Below are positions 33,091 through 42,861 of a stretch of 59,408 nt of DNA, one piece after another (within the stretch, counting starts at the first letter, position 1; every line of letters starts with the position of its first letter). Origin of the DNA: Nitrosopumilaceae archaeon (GTDB lineage Archaea > Thermoproteota > Nitrososphaeria > Nitrososphaerales > Nitrosopumilaceae); NCBI GenBank assembly GCA_965200155.1, contig CBDATR010000022.1, positions 1 through 59,408 on the forward strand, read 5' to 3'. The position numbers and the translations under genes are program-made. The notes under the pieces were generated by a model. That model was not told the DNA's origin. It saw nothing but the letters and a program-made list of their open reading frames with translations, and searched no databases.

Positions 33091-35835
33091 CTATACCAGA
33101 CACCGGGCAACCTCTGAGGGTTCCGGCTCTGCTTCTATGTTTCCACTCTCCAATACCTGTGTATCCCTGGAACCGTCACGATATACCGTAAGACCCCGGC
33201 ATCCCAAGGCGTGCGCCAGTACATATGCATCCCTTATATCTTGAATGGTCACCATTCTTGACATGTTTATCGTCTTTGATATTGAGTTACCAATCCACCG
33301 TTGCCAGGCCGCCTGTGCTATGATATGATCCGCCCAGTGTATCTGGCGGGCAGTGATAAAGACATTCTCATCTGGAATGATTCCCGGCGGCATTACTCCA
33401 CCATTCCGGGCCACCAAGGGTACGACGTCCGGATGAATTGCCGATAATGCCGGACACCCATAATGGAATGAGCCTACCGAGACCGTTTTCGTATATACCA
33501 AAGAATAAACCGGCTCTATTCCAGAACTACAGCCCGCTATCATGGATATGGTTCCAGTGGGAGCTATCGTTGTAGTCAAGACATTCCTGATTCCATACTC
33601 TTTTATACTTTGAATCAGCTCATCCCATGGCATTACTCCATGATGCTCCCATGTGTGATATGCCTCACTATCACCAATGAATGGCAACATCCCATCACTA
33701 TATGACGTTCCATGATATAGTGGGAATGGTCCTCGCTCCTTTGCCATTTTCACAGACTCATCCATGCTATGCCATGATATCAATTCGGCCATTCTACCGA
33801 ATAAGTGGTATGCCTCCGGCGTATTATACTGGATTCCAAGATACATTAGCATATCTGCTACACCCATCACTCCTAGTCCTATTCTTCTAGTCTCATTACT
33901 GGCTCTCTGTATGTCTGGTGTGGGGTGCCTTGTCATATCAACGACGCCGTCCAGCATCCTGGTACAAATTCTAGCATCTCTTGCTATTCCCTCCCAGTCC
34001 GGCTCATCATCACTCACATATTGCGCCAGATTAATGGAGCCAAGATTGCATGACTCATTAGGATATAATGCCTGCTCGCCACAATTCCCCGACAAAATGT
34101 AATGGCCATCCCCGCATTCCACGAAATAATTATGTGTGCCATCTACCATTCCATTATAGACATCGGTCTTGCCTATTTTCACCACGGATAGAACTGTATG
34201 ATTCTTCTTGCGGCCAAACACTCTCTTCATGAAACCCTCCTTTCCCGGACTCATTTCAGGAATGGTCCCGTCCGGCCCAATGAACCCATCTGTTGATACC
34301 TTCTTGCTTTTTCTCTTGTCCTTCTTTCGTACTAGTGATAATGGCAGGATGCCAGGAGTGGGGTGACCTGTTCCACTCAGGTTGATTTGTGGCACCTCGT
34401 CCACACCTATACTGACGCCAACTGTCTGCTCATACATGGAACCATCAAGGTAAAGACTAGCAAGGGACATGCCCGGCGTCAAATCCTCCACAGTCTTCTT
34501 GACTAGAATGGTCCCCTCAACTACATACACCTTATGTGTTGATGTGCATCGTAACGCGGTACACTCGCCTGTCTGCTTTGATGATACAACCAGACATATT
34601 ACGTCAACGTTCTGGGCGGTTATTCCAGGATTCTGCATCACTCTATATGAGAGAGAACCGTCATCCTCCCTTGACATTACCTGCACCTTGCTTGGACCGT
34701 TGGCCAAATCCCTGAATGGAATGGGTCCTTTCTTGGTTAGAACGCGTGTCTCACCGCCCCAGCAGGGATTCGTGGAACGGAGCGGCCCGTTACGCGCCTT
34801 TTGTAATACATTATAACGATTCACATTATCAAAGAAGATAACCCCCGGCTCAGCTGATCGGTGTGCCGACTCAGATATGGCATCAAGGATATGATTCGCG
34901 TTTATGCCATGATTCCCTGAAATAGCTCTCCAGAATGACTCATCAGTCCCCACTGATATGTTAAAGTTGGTTAGCCGGTCTCCGGTTTTTGCCTTTATGA
35001 AATCCAGTATGTCAGGGTGTGATGCATCAAGTATGCCCATGTTGGCGGCGCGCCTCCTGCCACCTTGCTTCACCGTATTGCCTACGTTATCCACCATTTC
35101 CATGAATGAGATGGGACCGGACGCGGTTCCCGCGGTACTGGCCACCGGCGATCCAGACGGCCTTAACCGGGAATAGTTGATACCGACACCGCCGCCGGAC
35201 TTGAATATCAGGGCCGTCTCCTTTACGGTCTCCATTATATCATTCAGGTCATCATTCATGTCTAGAACGAAGCATGCAGATAGTTGCCCCAGCGGACAGC
35301 CTGCATTCATTAAGGTGGGCGAGTTCGGCATGAACCGCCTGTCCATCATGATATTATGATATTCCCTGACGGTCTCGTTAAATTTATCATGGCCCGAAAC
35401 TCCTGACGGCAGTCTCCCATACTCCCTCATGGAATGCTGCTCATACGACATTATATGGAAGGGAGATATTCCGGACTGTTTCGGCGGTGCAGAGCCGCCC
35501 AGAACAGGCATAGCCATGCATATGGCTACCCTGTCAAACAGATCCCGTGGCGTCTCTGACTTGCCATCACTCTTTGGCAGCAGGTATCTTGCCTTCAATA
35601 CACGTAAGGCAGCCTGTGAGAAACCGGCACGATAAGAGCGGTAACGCCTAGCCGCCTCTGTCTCCCCCCGCCGTATCAGTTCAGTCGTAATGTAATCGGC
35701 TACTGACTCTGTACTATTCGTGGGCATATCCTGAATTATATCTCCGGCTATCTTGATTGGACAACCGGCTTTAGTGATACTGGAGATGGTTTTCTGCCTA
35801 TTCACATCCTGCTCATACCCCGTTCTTTTTAGCAT
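33091..35835 (-). CDS. nrdJ: Class II (adenosylcobalamin) ribonucleotide reductase with N-terminal ATP-cone-like region and intein
   Basis: FMPNSPTL, QLSACFVL, QGGRRRAANM, TNP/CGE, TIAPTGT, SISKTIN, YRDGSR. Confidence 0.92.
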   Translation of the reverse strand: MLKRTGYEQDVNRQKTISSITKAGCPIKIAGDIIQDMPTNSTESVADYITTELIRRGETEAARRYRSYRAGFSQAALRVLKARYLLPKSDGKSETPRDLFDRVAICMAMPVLGGSAPPKQSGISPFHIMSYEQHSMREYGRLPSGVSGHDKFNETVREYHNIMMDRRFMPNSPTLMNAGCPLGQLSACFVLDMNDDLNDIMETVKETALIFKSGGGVGINYSRLRPSGSPVASTAGTASGPISFMEMVDNVGNTVKQGGRRRAANMGILDASHPDILDFIKAKTGDRLTNFNISVGTDESFWRAISGNHGINANHILDAISESAHRSAEPGVIFFDNVNRYNVLQKARNGPLRSTNPCWGGETRVLTKKGPIPFRDLANGPSKVQVMSREDDGSLSYRVMQNPGITAQNVDVICLVVSSKQTGECTALRCTSTHKVYVVEGTILVKKTVEDLTPGMSLASLYLDGSMYEQTVGVSIGVDEVPQINLSGTGHPTPGILPLSLVRKKDKRKSKKVSTDGFIGPDGTIPEMSPGKEGFMKRVFGRKKNHTVLSVVKIGKTDVYNGMVDGTHNYFVECGDGHYILSGNCGEQALYPNESCNLGSINLAQYVSDDEPDWEGIARDARICTRMLDGVVDMTRHPTPDIQRASNETRRIGLGVMGVADMLMYLGIQYNTPEAYHLFGRMAELISWHSMDESVKMAKERGPFPLYHGTSYSDGMLPFIGDSEAYHTWEHHGVMPWDELIQSIKEYGIRNVLTTTIAPTGTISMIAGCSSGIEPVYSLVYTKTVSVGSFHYGCPALSAIHPDVVPLVARNGGVMPPGIIPDENVFITARQIHWADHIIAQAAWQRWIGNSISKTINMSRMVTIQDIRDAYVLAHALGCRGLTVYRDGSRDTQVLESGNIEAEPEPSEVARCLV
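34084..34764 (-). mobile_element. Intein (227 aa) in NrdJ, directly before the catalytic Cys
   Basis: TNP|CWGGETRV...TSTH...DVYN...THNY...SGN|CGE. Confidence 0.9.
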
Positions 35836-35884
35836 TATTCCCTAACCTGATTCATGGCGGATTATCACTCCCTTAAAAGAGCGG

Positions 35885-36508
35885 TCATGGTTCCTGAACA
35901 AACACCAATACCCTGCCCGCTATCTGCCTGCCTGTCTCATCATGAATCGTTACAATTCGCTCTCCTACCATGTCATCTGGGTATAGAACAAGGTGAACTG
36001 TCCCATCCGTATCAGGATGCGGCGTGGAGACTATATTCCCGTCAAGTTTCACCTCTAACCGCTTGTCCAATGAAGTACCGAATGGTAGACTCATGCGTAA
36101 CTCCCGTGGCCTGTCATAGACAGTTATGGATATGGGCTCATTGTGTTCCGGTTGCGCCTCCATGGAACGTTTTGTCATTCTAGGCATGGAGTATTTCTTG
36201 GGTTTTGCCTTGGTCTCTTTTGTGCCAAACATCCTAAATCTCATTATATGGTATAGTCGCATCTCATAGCCTAGTAATGGAGGGCGGAATTTTGCAAACA
36301 GAAATGCCGCCAATAATGGCCACGGTGAGGCATACGCGCCCGCTACATTCAATGCTATAAACATGCCGGGCAACCCTACCACCACTAATAACATGAACTG
36401 AAAGACGGTAACCCATCCTAGAATGGGTAAATGAAACATCTTCTGCCCCAGTATGGTGGGCTTCTCGAACCACCGGAACCGGCCGTAATCATTTAATGGA
36501 ATCATCAC
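35885..36508 (-). CDS. PrgI/VirB3-like membrane protein with C-terminal soluble domain
   Basis: GWVTVFQF followed by two TMs and a basic segment, PrgI-like pattern. Confidence 0.5.
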   Translation of the reverse strand: MMIPLNDYGRFRWFEKPTILGQKMFHLPILGWVTVFQFMLLVVVGLPGMFIALNVAGAYASPWPLLAAFLFAKFRPPLLGYEMRLYHIMRFRMFGTKETKAKPKKYSMPRMTKRSMEAQPEHNEPISITVYDRPRELRMSLPFGTSLDKRLEVKLDGNIVSTPHPDTDGTVHLVLYPDDMVGERIVTIHDETGRQIAGRVLVFVQEP

Positions 36509-36861
36509 TACATAACTTCTTTGTATATACGTAAATTACTTGTCATACCCCATAAATGACCAACTGCTAGTCCTAGCGTTAGTATCATTATAATGACCGG
36601 TATGGTCTGGCCGGTAACAAAATGTAATGGTATTGCAAGTACCATTATAATACCACCATATAGAATGGTATGTAGTAGAAAGGCCGGTAGCATCATCCCA
36701 GTACTGCATAATAGAAATCGAAGTATGGGATTAGTCTCGTGTCTCATCACTCTATCAAAGCCGAATCTTGCGGTACTCCACATGTCACAGCAGTAACATG
36801 AGAACCATAATAGAGTGGTGATTACCGGCGTGTACTGGAATGAAATGAACCACTCTAGCAT
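36508..36861 (-). CDS. Small membrane protein with D..ST...E.NP motif (DUF5658-like)
   Basis: Three TMs, HETNPIL. Confidence 0.55.
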   Translation of the reverse strand: MLEWFISFQYTPVITTLLWFSCYCCDMWSTARFGFDRVMRHETNPILRFLLCSTGMMLPAFLLHTILYGGIIMVLAIPLHFVTGQTIPVIIMILTLGLAVGHLWGMTSNLRIYKEVM

Positions 36862-37298
36862 CGTTTCACTCTCATTATCAACAGGCTACTCAAGGCAGCT
36901 ATGATTGAGCCATACTGCACTCCCATAAGCATTAACTGAAAGATGTCATGGATTCCTATTCCTTCCCTGGCTTTGGTAAGGTTAACTTGAATGTCTGCCT
37001 CGCTTAATTTGTGGGCTTCTTTGATACAATCGGGATTACATTTGCCCGGCTTGAAATTCTTGTAACACTTGCCATTTTCATAGGAGAATGTATAATCACG
37101 CTCATTCGCCCCGTCATCTGGTGCGCACATTATCTCGCCCCTCCATATGGGTGGCAACATGAATATCTCCATACTATTCCCGGAAACCTGCTCTACCGTA
37201 ATGGGTACTAACCATACAACAAGACAGCACAGAATGAAGAATGTCACTATATCATTAATGGTACCGGCTTCCTTTCCTATCACGTATCTTTGGTACAT
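36855..37298 (-). CDS. Two-TM hypothetical protein with Cys-containing loop
   Basis: Overlaps both neighbours in the operon. Confidence 0.6.
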   Translation of the reverse strand: MYQRYVIGKEAGTINDIVTFFILCCLVVWLVPITVEQVSGNSMEIFMLPPIWRGEIMCAPDDGANERDYTFSYENGKCYKNFKPGKCNPDCIKEAHKLSEADIQVNLTKAREGIGIHDIFQLMLMGVQYGSIIAALSSLLIMRVKRC

Positions 37299-37549
37299 TT
37301 AGCTACTCCTATCAATCCTAGAATGACAAAGATGACCATCACAAGTAATGACCACTGGATGGTCTCCCAGATTAGTATATTAATGCCAGCCAAATGGTTC
37401 AGGCTCCCACCGGTAAGTGCCTCATAGAGGATGGGCGCCGCCAGCAGAATAACCATTAGAATGACCGCCCGTGTCAGTATGCCTCTAATCTTCTCGGCAA
37501 CTTCCTTGGCATCTCCCTTCTCGTTTACCATCCTATGATACATTGGCAA
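37280..37549 (-). CDS. Small two-TM protein, possibly VirB2/TrbC pilin-like
   Basis: 89 aa, two hydrophobic helices; context. Confidence 0.45.
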   Translation of the reverse strand: MPMYHRMVNEKGDAKEVAEKIRGILTRAVILMVILLAAPILYEALTGGSLNHLAGINILIWETIQWSLLVMVIFVILGLIGVAKCTKDT

Positions 37550-39758
37550 CCCTCCTGAGTATCAATCCCTTCCTGGTGGGCTTCTTAGTTATGATACCAG
37601 CATTTACTAATGAGTCTATCATCTTGGCTACCTCCTTTGGCTTGTACGAATCTGGTACTAGTTTCTCAATATTCTCCATCTGTAGTCCCTCCTTGGGAAT
37701 AAAGTCGAGTATGATTCTCTTGAGCGGCGAGTCCGGAATACAGAATGGTAATGGGTCCATGGGCGTAAAACCGGGCGGCACCGGAATTCCACCGCCCATA
37801 TAGTCTATCTTGTCCAAGTAGTACTGTTCCGGCTTTATTCCACACTCTAGTAACTGGCGCTCTATTACTCCCATACTCTTGTCATTGTATACCAGGAACC
37901 AGACAGTCATGGAGTGGTTCTTCTTGTAATTCTTGTATACATGGCAGGGTTTACCCGGTTTATTGGGATGCTTGCCCGGTGCTGTCTCCACCTCAATGGC
38001 TACACGAGTCCCCCACCGGTTCTCGTCAGGACCGCCCTCCGGACCAACGGCTGGCTCGCATACCTCCAGGTCAGGCTTTTGCGCTGTTGTATCCCCTACA
38101 TCCATTCTGGTGTAGTAGCCGCGCCGGGCATAGTTGTCCTGGAATGCCTTTATGGTATTGATGTGTATGTCCCCGCCTGCACGGCCTTTCAGGGCGGCTA
38201 CATCAAAGTAGCGATTGATGGCTTCTGTTCTCAGTTTATGGATGGTAACGCCTGTCCCGGATATTGCCTCCACTAGTCTCTTTCGTATGGCGTGCTGCAA
38301 TATTTGGGCGACTTTCCGTTTCTCCGCGCCGAATCTCTTCACTGCTGCATGAATATCATCTACCTTCAGGCCATCCGGCTGGTAAAAGAGAATGGAGTAG
38401 ATGGCCATCTCCAATGGCGATACATCATACAGGTGTTCCGGCTTGTTCGTATACTTGGTCATGTCAACGTCAACACCATAGTTCACCAAGGAATGATCAA
38501 CTATGGAATCCAGCGTCTCCCAGGATACAGGCCCCCTGTCTATATGTCTGGTCCTCATTAGAGTGCCGTGAATGTCGCCCGCGGGAACACCCATATGATA
38601 TGACATGTGGAATTTCGGGATTTGTGTCAAGTCACCTATCTGTGTTCCCATCTTTGGTGATATCATACTGGCAGTCTTTGGCGTGCACCGTGATACTACA
38701 TACAAGTCACAGTTACCCAACATGGCTGCAGCATTAGTCGTCTCGATAGACTCTAACTGCTGTGTAGCCAGAGTCATCCTGATGCCCCATTTCCGTACCA
38801 GTTGTAGCATCTCCTTTAGCTTTTCTGATTCGAGCATCTGCATCTCATCTACGTATAGGTAGAATGGGGTGGGCTTCATTCCCTGGGGCCGGGACTGTGC
38901 CAGTTTTGCCGCGGCAGTAGTGATCATGTTTAGCAAAAATGTAGTGAAAATGGTCCTCTCCCCGTCATTATTACATCCGGCACCATCAAAGATCAGAATA
39001 CCATTATTATCTATCAGTCTCTTCATGTCAAAGGCCGTATCACCCTCAAAGAAGGGGCCCACTGCCGGATTCGTTATTATAGGCGTCAGCTTGTTATCCA
39101 CCGCTGGCACTGACTCCTTTGCGGATTTGGGGAATACCTCGTCCCAAAAGTCAAGATTATCTTGTAGGTGTACGTTGGCAAGAACGGCATCCCTCTCGGA
39201 CTTGTCAAGGATTATTCGCCGCAATAGTCCCAAGCCGCCCTGCCCTGTTGCTATAAGTGAGGTAGCCGCCTGTGTCAGTAATTGTGCCATTCTGACACCG
39301 CCCGTATCAAAGGCCTTCAGTAGTGTCTCTGCAAAGGCAGCCGCGGCAACACCCGGTGCCCCGCCATACGCCTCCAGTGGGTTTATGGGTATGGCCTTTT
39401 TGGTTCTAAGTAACTGTGCCGGTGAGATATACACTAAATGATTCGCACGCCATCTTGGTATTCTCTGAGCCGCCCATGCAGCCAAATCGTGCTGGGGATC
39501 TAGAACGGCTACTCCCTCGCCCCGTATCAAATTCTGCCGTATGAGCATCTTTAGAATGGTCGATTTACCATACCCGCTACTGCCTAGAACCATGGCATGT
39601 AACCTGTGTTCCTCCGGGATTGTTATAGTATCAAGTGGCAGTGCATCATCCCGTTCAGTAGTGGTATAGCCGATGGCGGTCTTGCCCGGCGGCAGTCCAT
39701 TGAGCTCAGCGTTCAGCGTAATATCTCCCCAGTATGCCAAAGACCGACTTGATGTCAT
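37533..39758 (-). CDS. VirD4/TraD/HerA-superfamily ATPase with C-terminal wHTH-like and PD-(D/E)XK-like region
   Basis: HAMVLGSSGYGKS, VLDPQHD, LYVDEMQ, RKWGIRMTLATQ; tail KPDL...VAIEVE. Confidence 0.8.
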   Translation of the reverse strand: MTSSRSLAYWGDITLNAELNGLPPGKTAIGYTTTERDDALPLDTITIPEEHRLHAMVLGSSGYGKSTILKMLIRQNLIRGEGVAVLDPQHDLAAWAAQRIPRWRANHLVYISPAQLLRTKKAIPINPLEAYGGAPGVAAAAFAETLLKAFDTGGVRMAQLLTQAATSLIATGQGGLGLLRRIILDKSERDAVLANVHLQDNLDFWDEVFPKSAKESVPAVDNKLTPIITNPAVGPFFEGDTAFDMKRLIDNNGILIFDGAGCNNDGERTIFTTFLLNMITTAAAKLAQSRPQGMKPTPFYLYVDEMQMLESEKLKEMLQLVRKWGIRMTLATQQLESIETTNAAAMLGNCDLYVVSRCTPKTASMISPKMGTQIGDLTQIPKFHMSYHMGVPAGDIHGTLMRTRHIDRGPVSWETLDSIVDHSLVNYGVDVDMTKYTNKPEHLYDVSPLEMAIYSILFYQPDGLKVDDIHAAVKRFGAEKRKVAQILQHAIRKRLVEAISGTGVTIHKLRTEAINRYFDVAALKGRAGGDIHINTIKAFQDNYARRGYYTRMDVGDTTAQKPDLEVCEPAVGPEGGPDENRWGTRVAIEVETAPGKHPNKPGKPCHVYKNYKKNHSMTVWFLVYNDKSMGVIERQLLECGIKPEQYYLDKIDYMGGGIPVPPGFTPMDPLPFCIPDSPLKRIILDFIPKEGLQMENIEKLVPDSYKPKEVAKMIDSLVNAGIITKKPTRKGLILRRVANVS

Positions 39759-41790
39759 TGGCTTCTGTGTTCAGGCACTCCTTCAGTAATGACTCTCGCT
39801 TCTCCATATCTCCAACAGGGTCCTGTGTATTATTCCGGAAACAGGCCTCCTTGTACTGCTTTGTCTCCAGTAATGACTCCATTTCCATGAATGTGTCCCC
39901 GTCCAATTCATACGTGAATAATTCCTTTAGTTTGGGCTTGCCGTCATCGTCCGGTGTCACCTCAGTGATATTCCTAACACGCCGCTTTGATATCCCGCCT
40001 ATACGGACTTCTGTTATATAGATGATGAAGCCCAGTAATGCTAGTTCCGCGTGTGATACACCACCTAGGCTCATTCTTGTCATGGCTCCCCGGGGCGTGT
40101 TCGCGTGGAATGTCGTATTATGGCTAATGATTCCATCACCATGAGTAAAATTCCCCGCGGTTGCTACCTCCAAGTCATAGAGGTGTGTTCCTAAAGATGG
40201 CCGCTCCACCATTCCAATCATCTCCATGGAGTACTCATTACTTACAGGGAAGTACCATTCTGGGATGATTCCAGAACATGACTCCCTAACGAATTCTTCC
40301 GACCCGCTCAATGCGAACTGTTTCAGGTCAGCCGCGCCCTGCAGTGTCTTGCCGCTCCTGCCATTCAGCTGCATGACTGCTCTCTGGCCGTCCAGTCCAA
40401 TGTGGGTAGCAACATCTCGGTGTAACCCCTTTATGACAGGTAATGAGTCACCGGGTTTTACCTTCTCGGCTGCCATCACTCCACGATCAGTTATCATGTC
40501 ATGTCCCGCGTGGACGGTAATGGTGGCGCCACCAGCCGTTATCTGTCTCCAGTCGTCATTGCCGTGCTTGACAACGGTTCCTGTAATTCTGTGCCAGTCG
40601 CATCTTCCACCTGCCATGGAATAAGCGTATAATGCCTCGCCGTCCCGGAACCGCTCTATCACGTTTCTTATTGTGTCATATGATATTATCCTACCACATT
40701 TGACGGGGAGCATCTCCTGTGGCGGCAGGCATAATCCGCCGTGGCCTGTTCCCATACTCTGGAATAGGTGCCTTGCATCACCGACGTCCCTTATCTCGCC
40801 GACTATCTCATAGTCTGGCTTCTGTGTTAGTGACTGGTCGATTAACTTGGGGATGGTTATATCATGTTCTGCGCCTACTATACTGGTGGTCTTCTTTGTG
40901 TGGTACCGGACCCAGTCTGTATGGGGTATCTGCAATTCTAGTGAGTCTTCTATTGTTAAAATTCTCCAGCGGGGATTCATCATTGTGGTCATGGCACCTA
41001 ATAGTGTGGTCTTGCCGGAGCCGGTCGTTCCTATGACTAGTCCGGCCGCGCGCGCATCCAGTAATGACCATAGGAATGCAGCCATTCTTGGCGTTAGTGT
41101 ATTTCCCCGCATCATGTGGGTAATGACGTATGGATCCTTGGGGAATTTCCGTATGGCAATAGTGGAGCCGGGTTCTGAAACAACATTCTTGAATGTAGCC
41201 GATATACGTGATTTATCCGGCAAGTATGTAACGGCGCCCGGTTTCGATACTGTAGGCTCATTACCGGTAGTAATGAACATTCGTCCAATGAATGCGGACA
41301 TCTCATTATCACTGGGGAATGATACGTTAGCCTCCAGGGAATGGAAACGATTAGAGTGTTTCTTGTGTTTGAGGAATACGGGCCTTTGTGGTGCTGAGAC
41401 CAGAATATCCTCAATCTGTGGGTCCATCATTAATGGATGTAGAATGCCGTAACCGGTCAAATCCCTGGTAATGTAATATCGTAATGAATGGAAGAGCCCT
41501 TCTAGATCCCTTTTTGAGTATATGGTTAGTCCTACTTCCCAGAACTTGTCATACATGATTCTCTCAATTTCCGCCGATGACTTGCCGCGCGTATTCAGGA
41601 GTGTGCTCTCCCGCATCTTGTCCACCACTTTTGTGTACGCCTGTGCTGCGGCCTCGGAGAACTGGGGCTCATCCACTAGATAACGGCCATCACCTGTAAT
41701 GGTAATTGATACCCGACCGTCCGCGACAGTATACTGTTCAATGACATCGAGTGTCTTGGTATCTACGCTTGAGCGGAGTATACTATCCAT
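39706..41790 (-). CDS. Type II/IV secretion ATPase (FlaI/TadA/VirB11-like) with intein
   Basis: DPQIEDI, IRKF, GTTGSGKTT, TIEDSLE, IVGEIR, TGHGG|intein|TTFHA. Confidence 0.9.
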   Translation of the reverse strand: MDSILRSSVDTKTLDVIEQYTVADGRVSITITGDGRYLVDEPQFSEAAAQAYTKVVDKMRESTLLNTRGKSSAEIERIMYDKFWEVGLTIYSKRDLEGLFHSLRYYITRDLTGYGILHPLMMDPQIEDILVSAPQRPVFLKHKKHSNRFHSLEANVSFPSDNEMSAFIGRMFITTGNEPTVSKPGAVTYLPDKSRISATFKNVVSEPGSTIAIRKFPKDPYVITHMMRGNTLTPRMAAFLWSLLDARAAGLVIGTTGSGKTTLLGAMTTMMNPRWRILTIEDSLELQIPHTDWVRYHTKKTTSIVGAEHDITIPKLIDQSLTQKPDYEIVGEIRDVGDARHLFQSMGTGHGGLCLPPQEMLPVKCGRIISYDTIRNVIERFRDGEALYAYSMAGGRCDWHRITGTVVKHGNDDWRQITAGGATITVHAGHDMITDRGVMAAEKVKPGDSLPVIKGLHRDVATHIGLDGQRAVMQLNGRSGKTLQGAADLKQFALSGSEEFVRESCSGIIPEWYFPVSNEYSMEMIGMVERPSLGTHLYDLEVATAGNFTHGDGIISHNTTFHANTPRGAMTRMSLGGVSHAELALLGFIIYITEVRIGGISKRRVRNITEVTPDDDGKPKLKELFTYELDGDTFMEMESLLETKQYKEACFRNNTQDPVGDMEKRESLLKECLNTEANDIKSVFGILGRYYAER
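40117..40731 (-). mobile_element. Mini-intein (205 aa) in the secretion ATPase
   Basis: GGL|CLPPQE...HAGH...LYDLEV...GIISHN|TTFHA. Confidence 0.9.
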
Positions 41791-41812
41791 GGAATAATGT
41801 TGTTCCCGGTTT

Positions 41813-41824
41813 GGTTAATGGGTT
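41813..41824 (-). promoter_or_regulatory. AACCCATTAACC promoter-like motif
   Basis: 22 nt before ATG 41790. Confidence 0.65.
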
Positions 41825-42287
41825 ATCAAGGGACTATTACTCCTAAAGATGGGAATGATGCCCACCTGGTGGTGAATAAGTCACTGAATGAATTCATGGA
41901 ATAATCAGGAAATACCACACCGAACAATGGTTTGTGTTAGTGGCTTTTTTGGAAGCAAATCCCTATTAAACGCGCTTTTGTTTCCCCAAAACTGTTTCCA
42001 TAGAATCATGTTCTCATCCTGTGCATCCACATAATAATTGGTTTTTTATTCGGCGCTGTAACATGATAAGGGTGGGCGCTATACGCCGGCCACATTCATT
42101 CTACCGCCGTCCAGGGGGAATGTTTCCATGATGGGCTCTATCCAAACCCCAGTTAAATAGAAACATATCAAATGTTGGGATGCCGCCAGCGGGGATACAG
42201 ATTCGAAAATGACATAGCCAAGCGATATGTGGCTGGCGCGCATGGCGGCTGGGCGCCTCATCGATAGGCCTGCCTGACATACTGGCA

Positions 42288-42671
42288 GTGTCTGAGGATT
42301 CAGTTCACGTACATGAGCTGAAAACCACCTTGGGCAAGACCATAAGGATACCTGCCCACCAGATAAGGCGTTGTTATGATGTAGCAGAGTCATTTCCCAA
42401 ATATTATGGACTGGTCATTATATCAGCACGCTTTGGGCGGCGGGCAGAAAGGCACTACTGGCAAGATGGATTAGAATCAGTCAAGATAGGAATAGATGAC
42501 AAGACCCGCGGTAGCCAGCTGAGGGAAATAACATGGGAAGACTTGTTAGGACTATCATTCCAAGTCCCTTGTCTAGCTGGGAATCATTCCCGGAACACAT
42601 CCAAGAATGATTCAATCTGCGCGGATGACCCGCAACGATTCAGAGATGATCCGGGCGTCCTGATTGTATAG
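42288..42671 (+). CDS. Hypothetical protein
   Basis: ORF only. Confidence 0.3.
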   Translation: MSEDSVHVHELKTTLGKTIRIPAHQIRRCYDVAESFPKYYGLVIISARFGRRAERHYWQDGLESVKIGIDDKTRGSQLREITWEDLLGLSFQVPCLAGNHSRNTSKNDSICADDPQRFRDDPGVLIV

Positions 42672-42861
42672 CCCAGCTGATACATGCCATTCTATGACTC
42701 TTCAGTCCCTGCTTTTGTATGACACCCTAGGTATAAGCGGCCCTGGAATGGAATGGCTGCCTCATGGTTGGGTGGCTAGAACAATTTCATGGCTCTGCTG
42801 CACTCTCATATAAGCCGGGTTGGCATCTGAACGCGTGAGCCAACTTAAACTGAGAAAAAAA

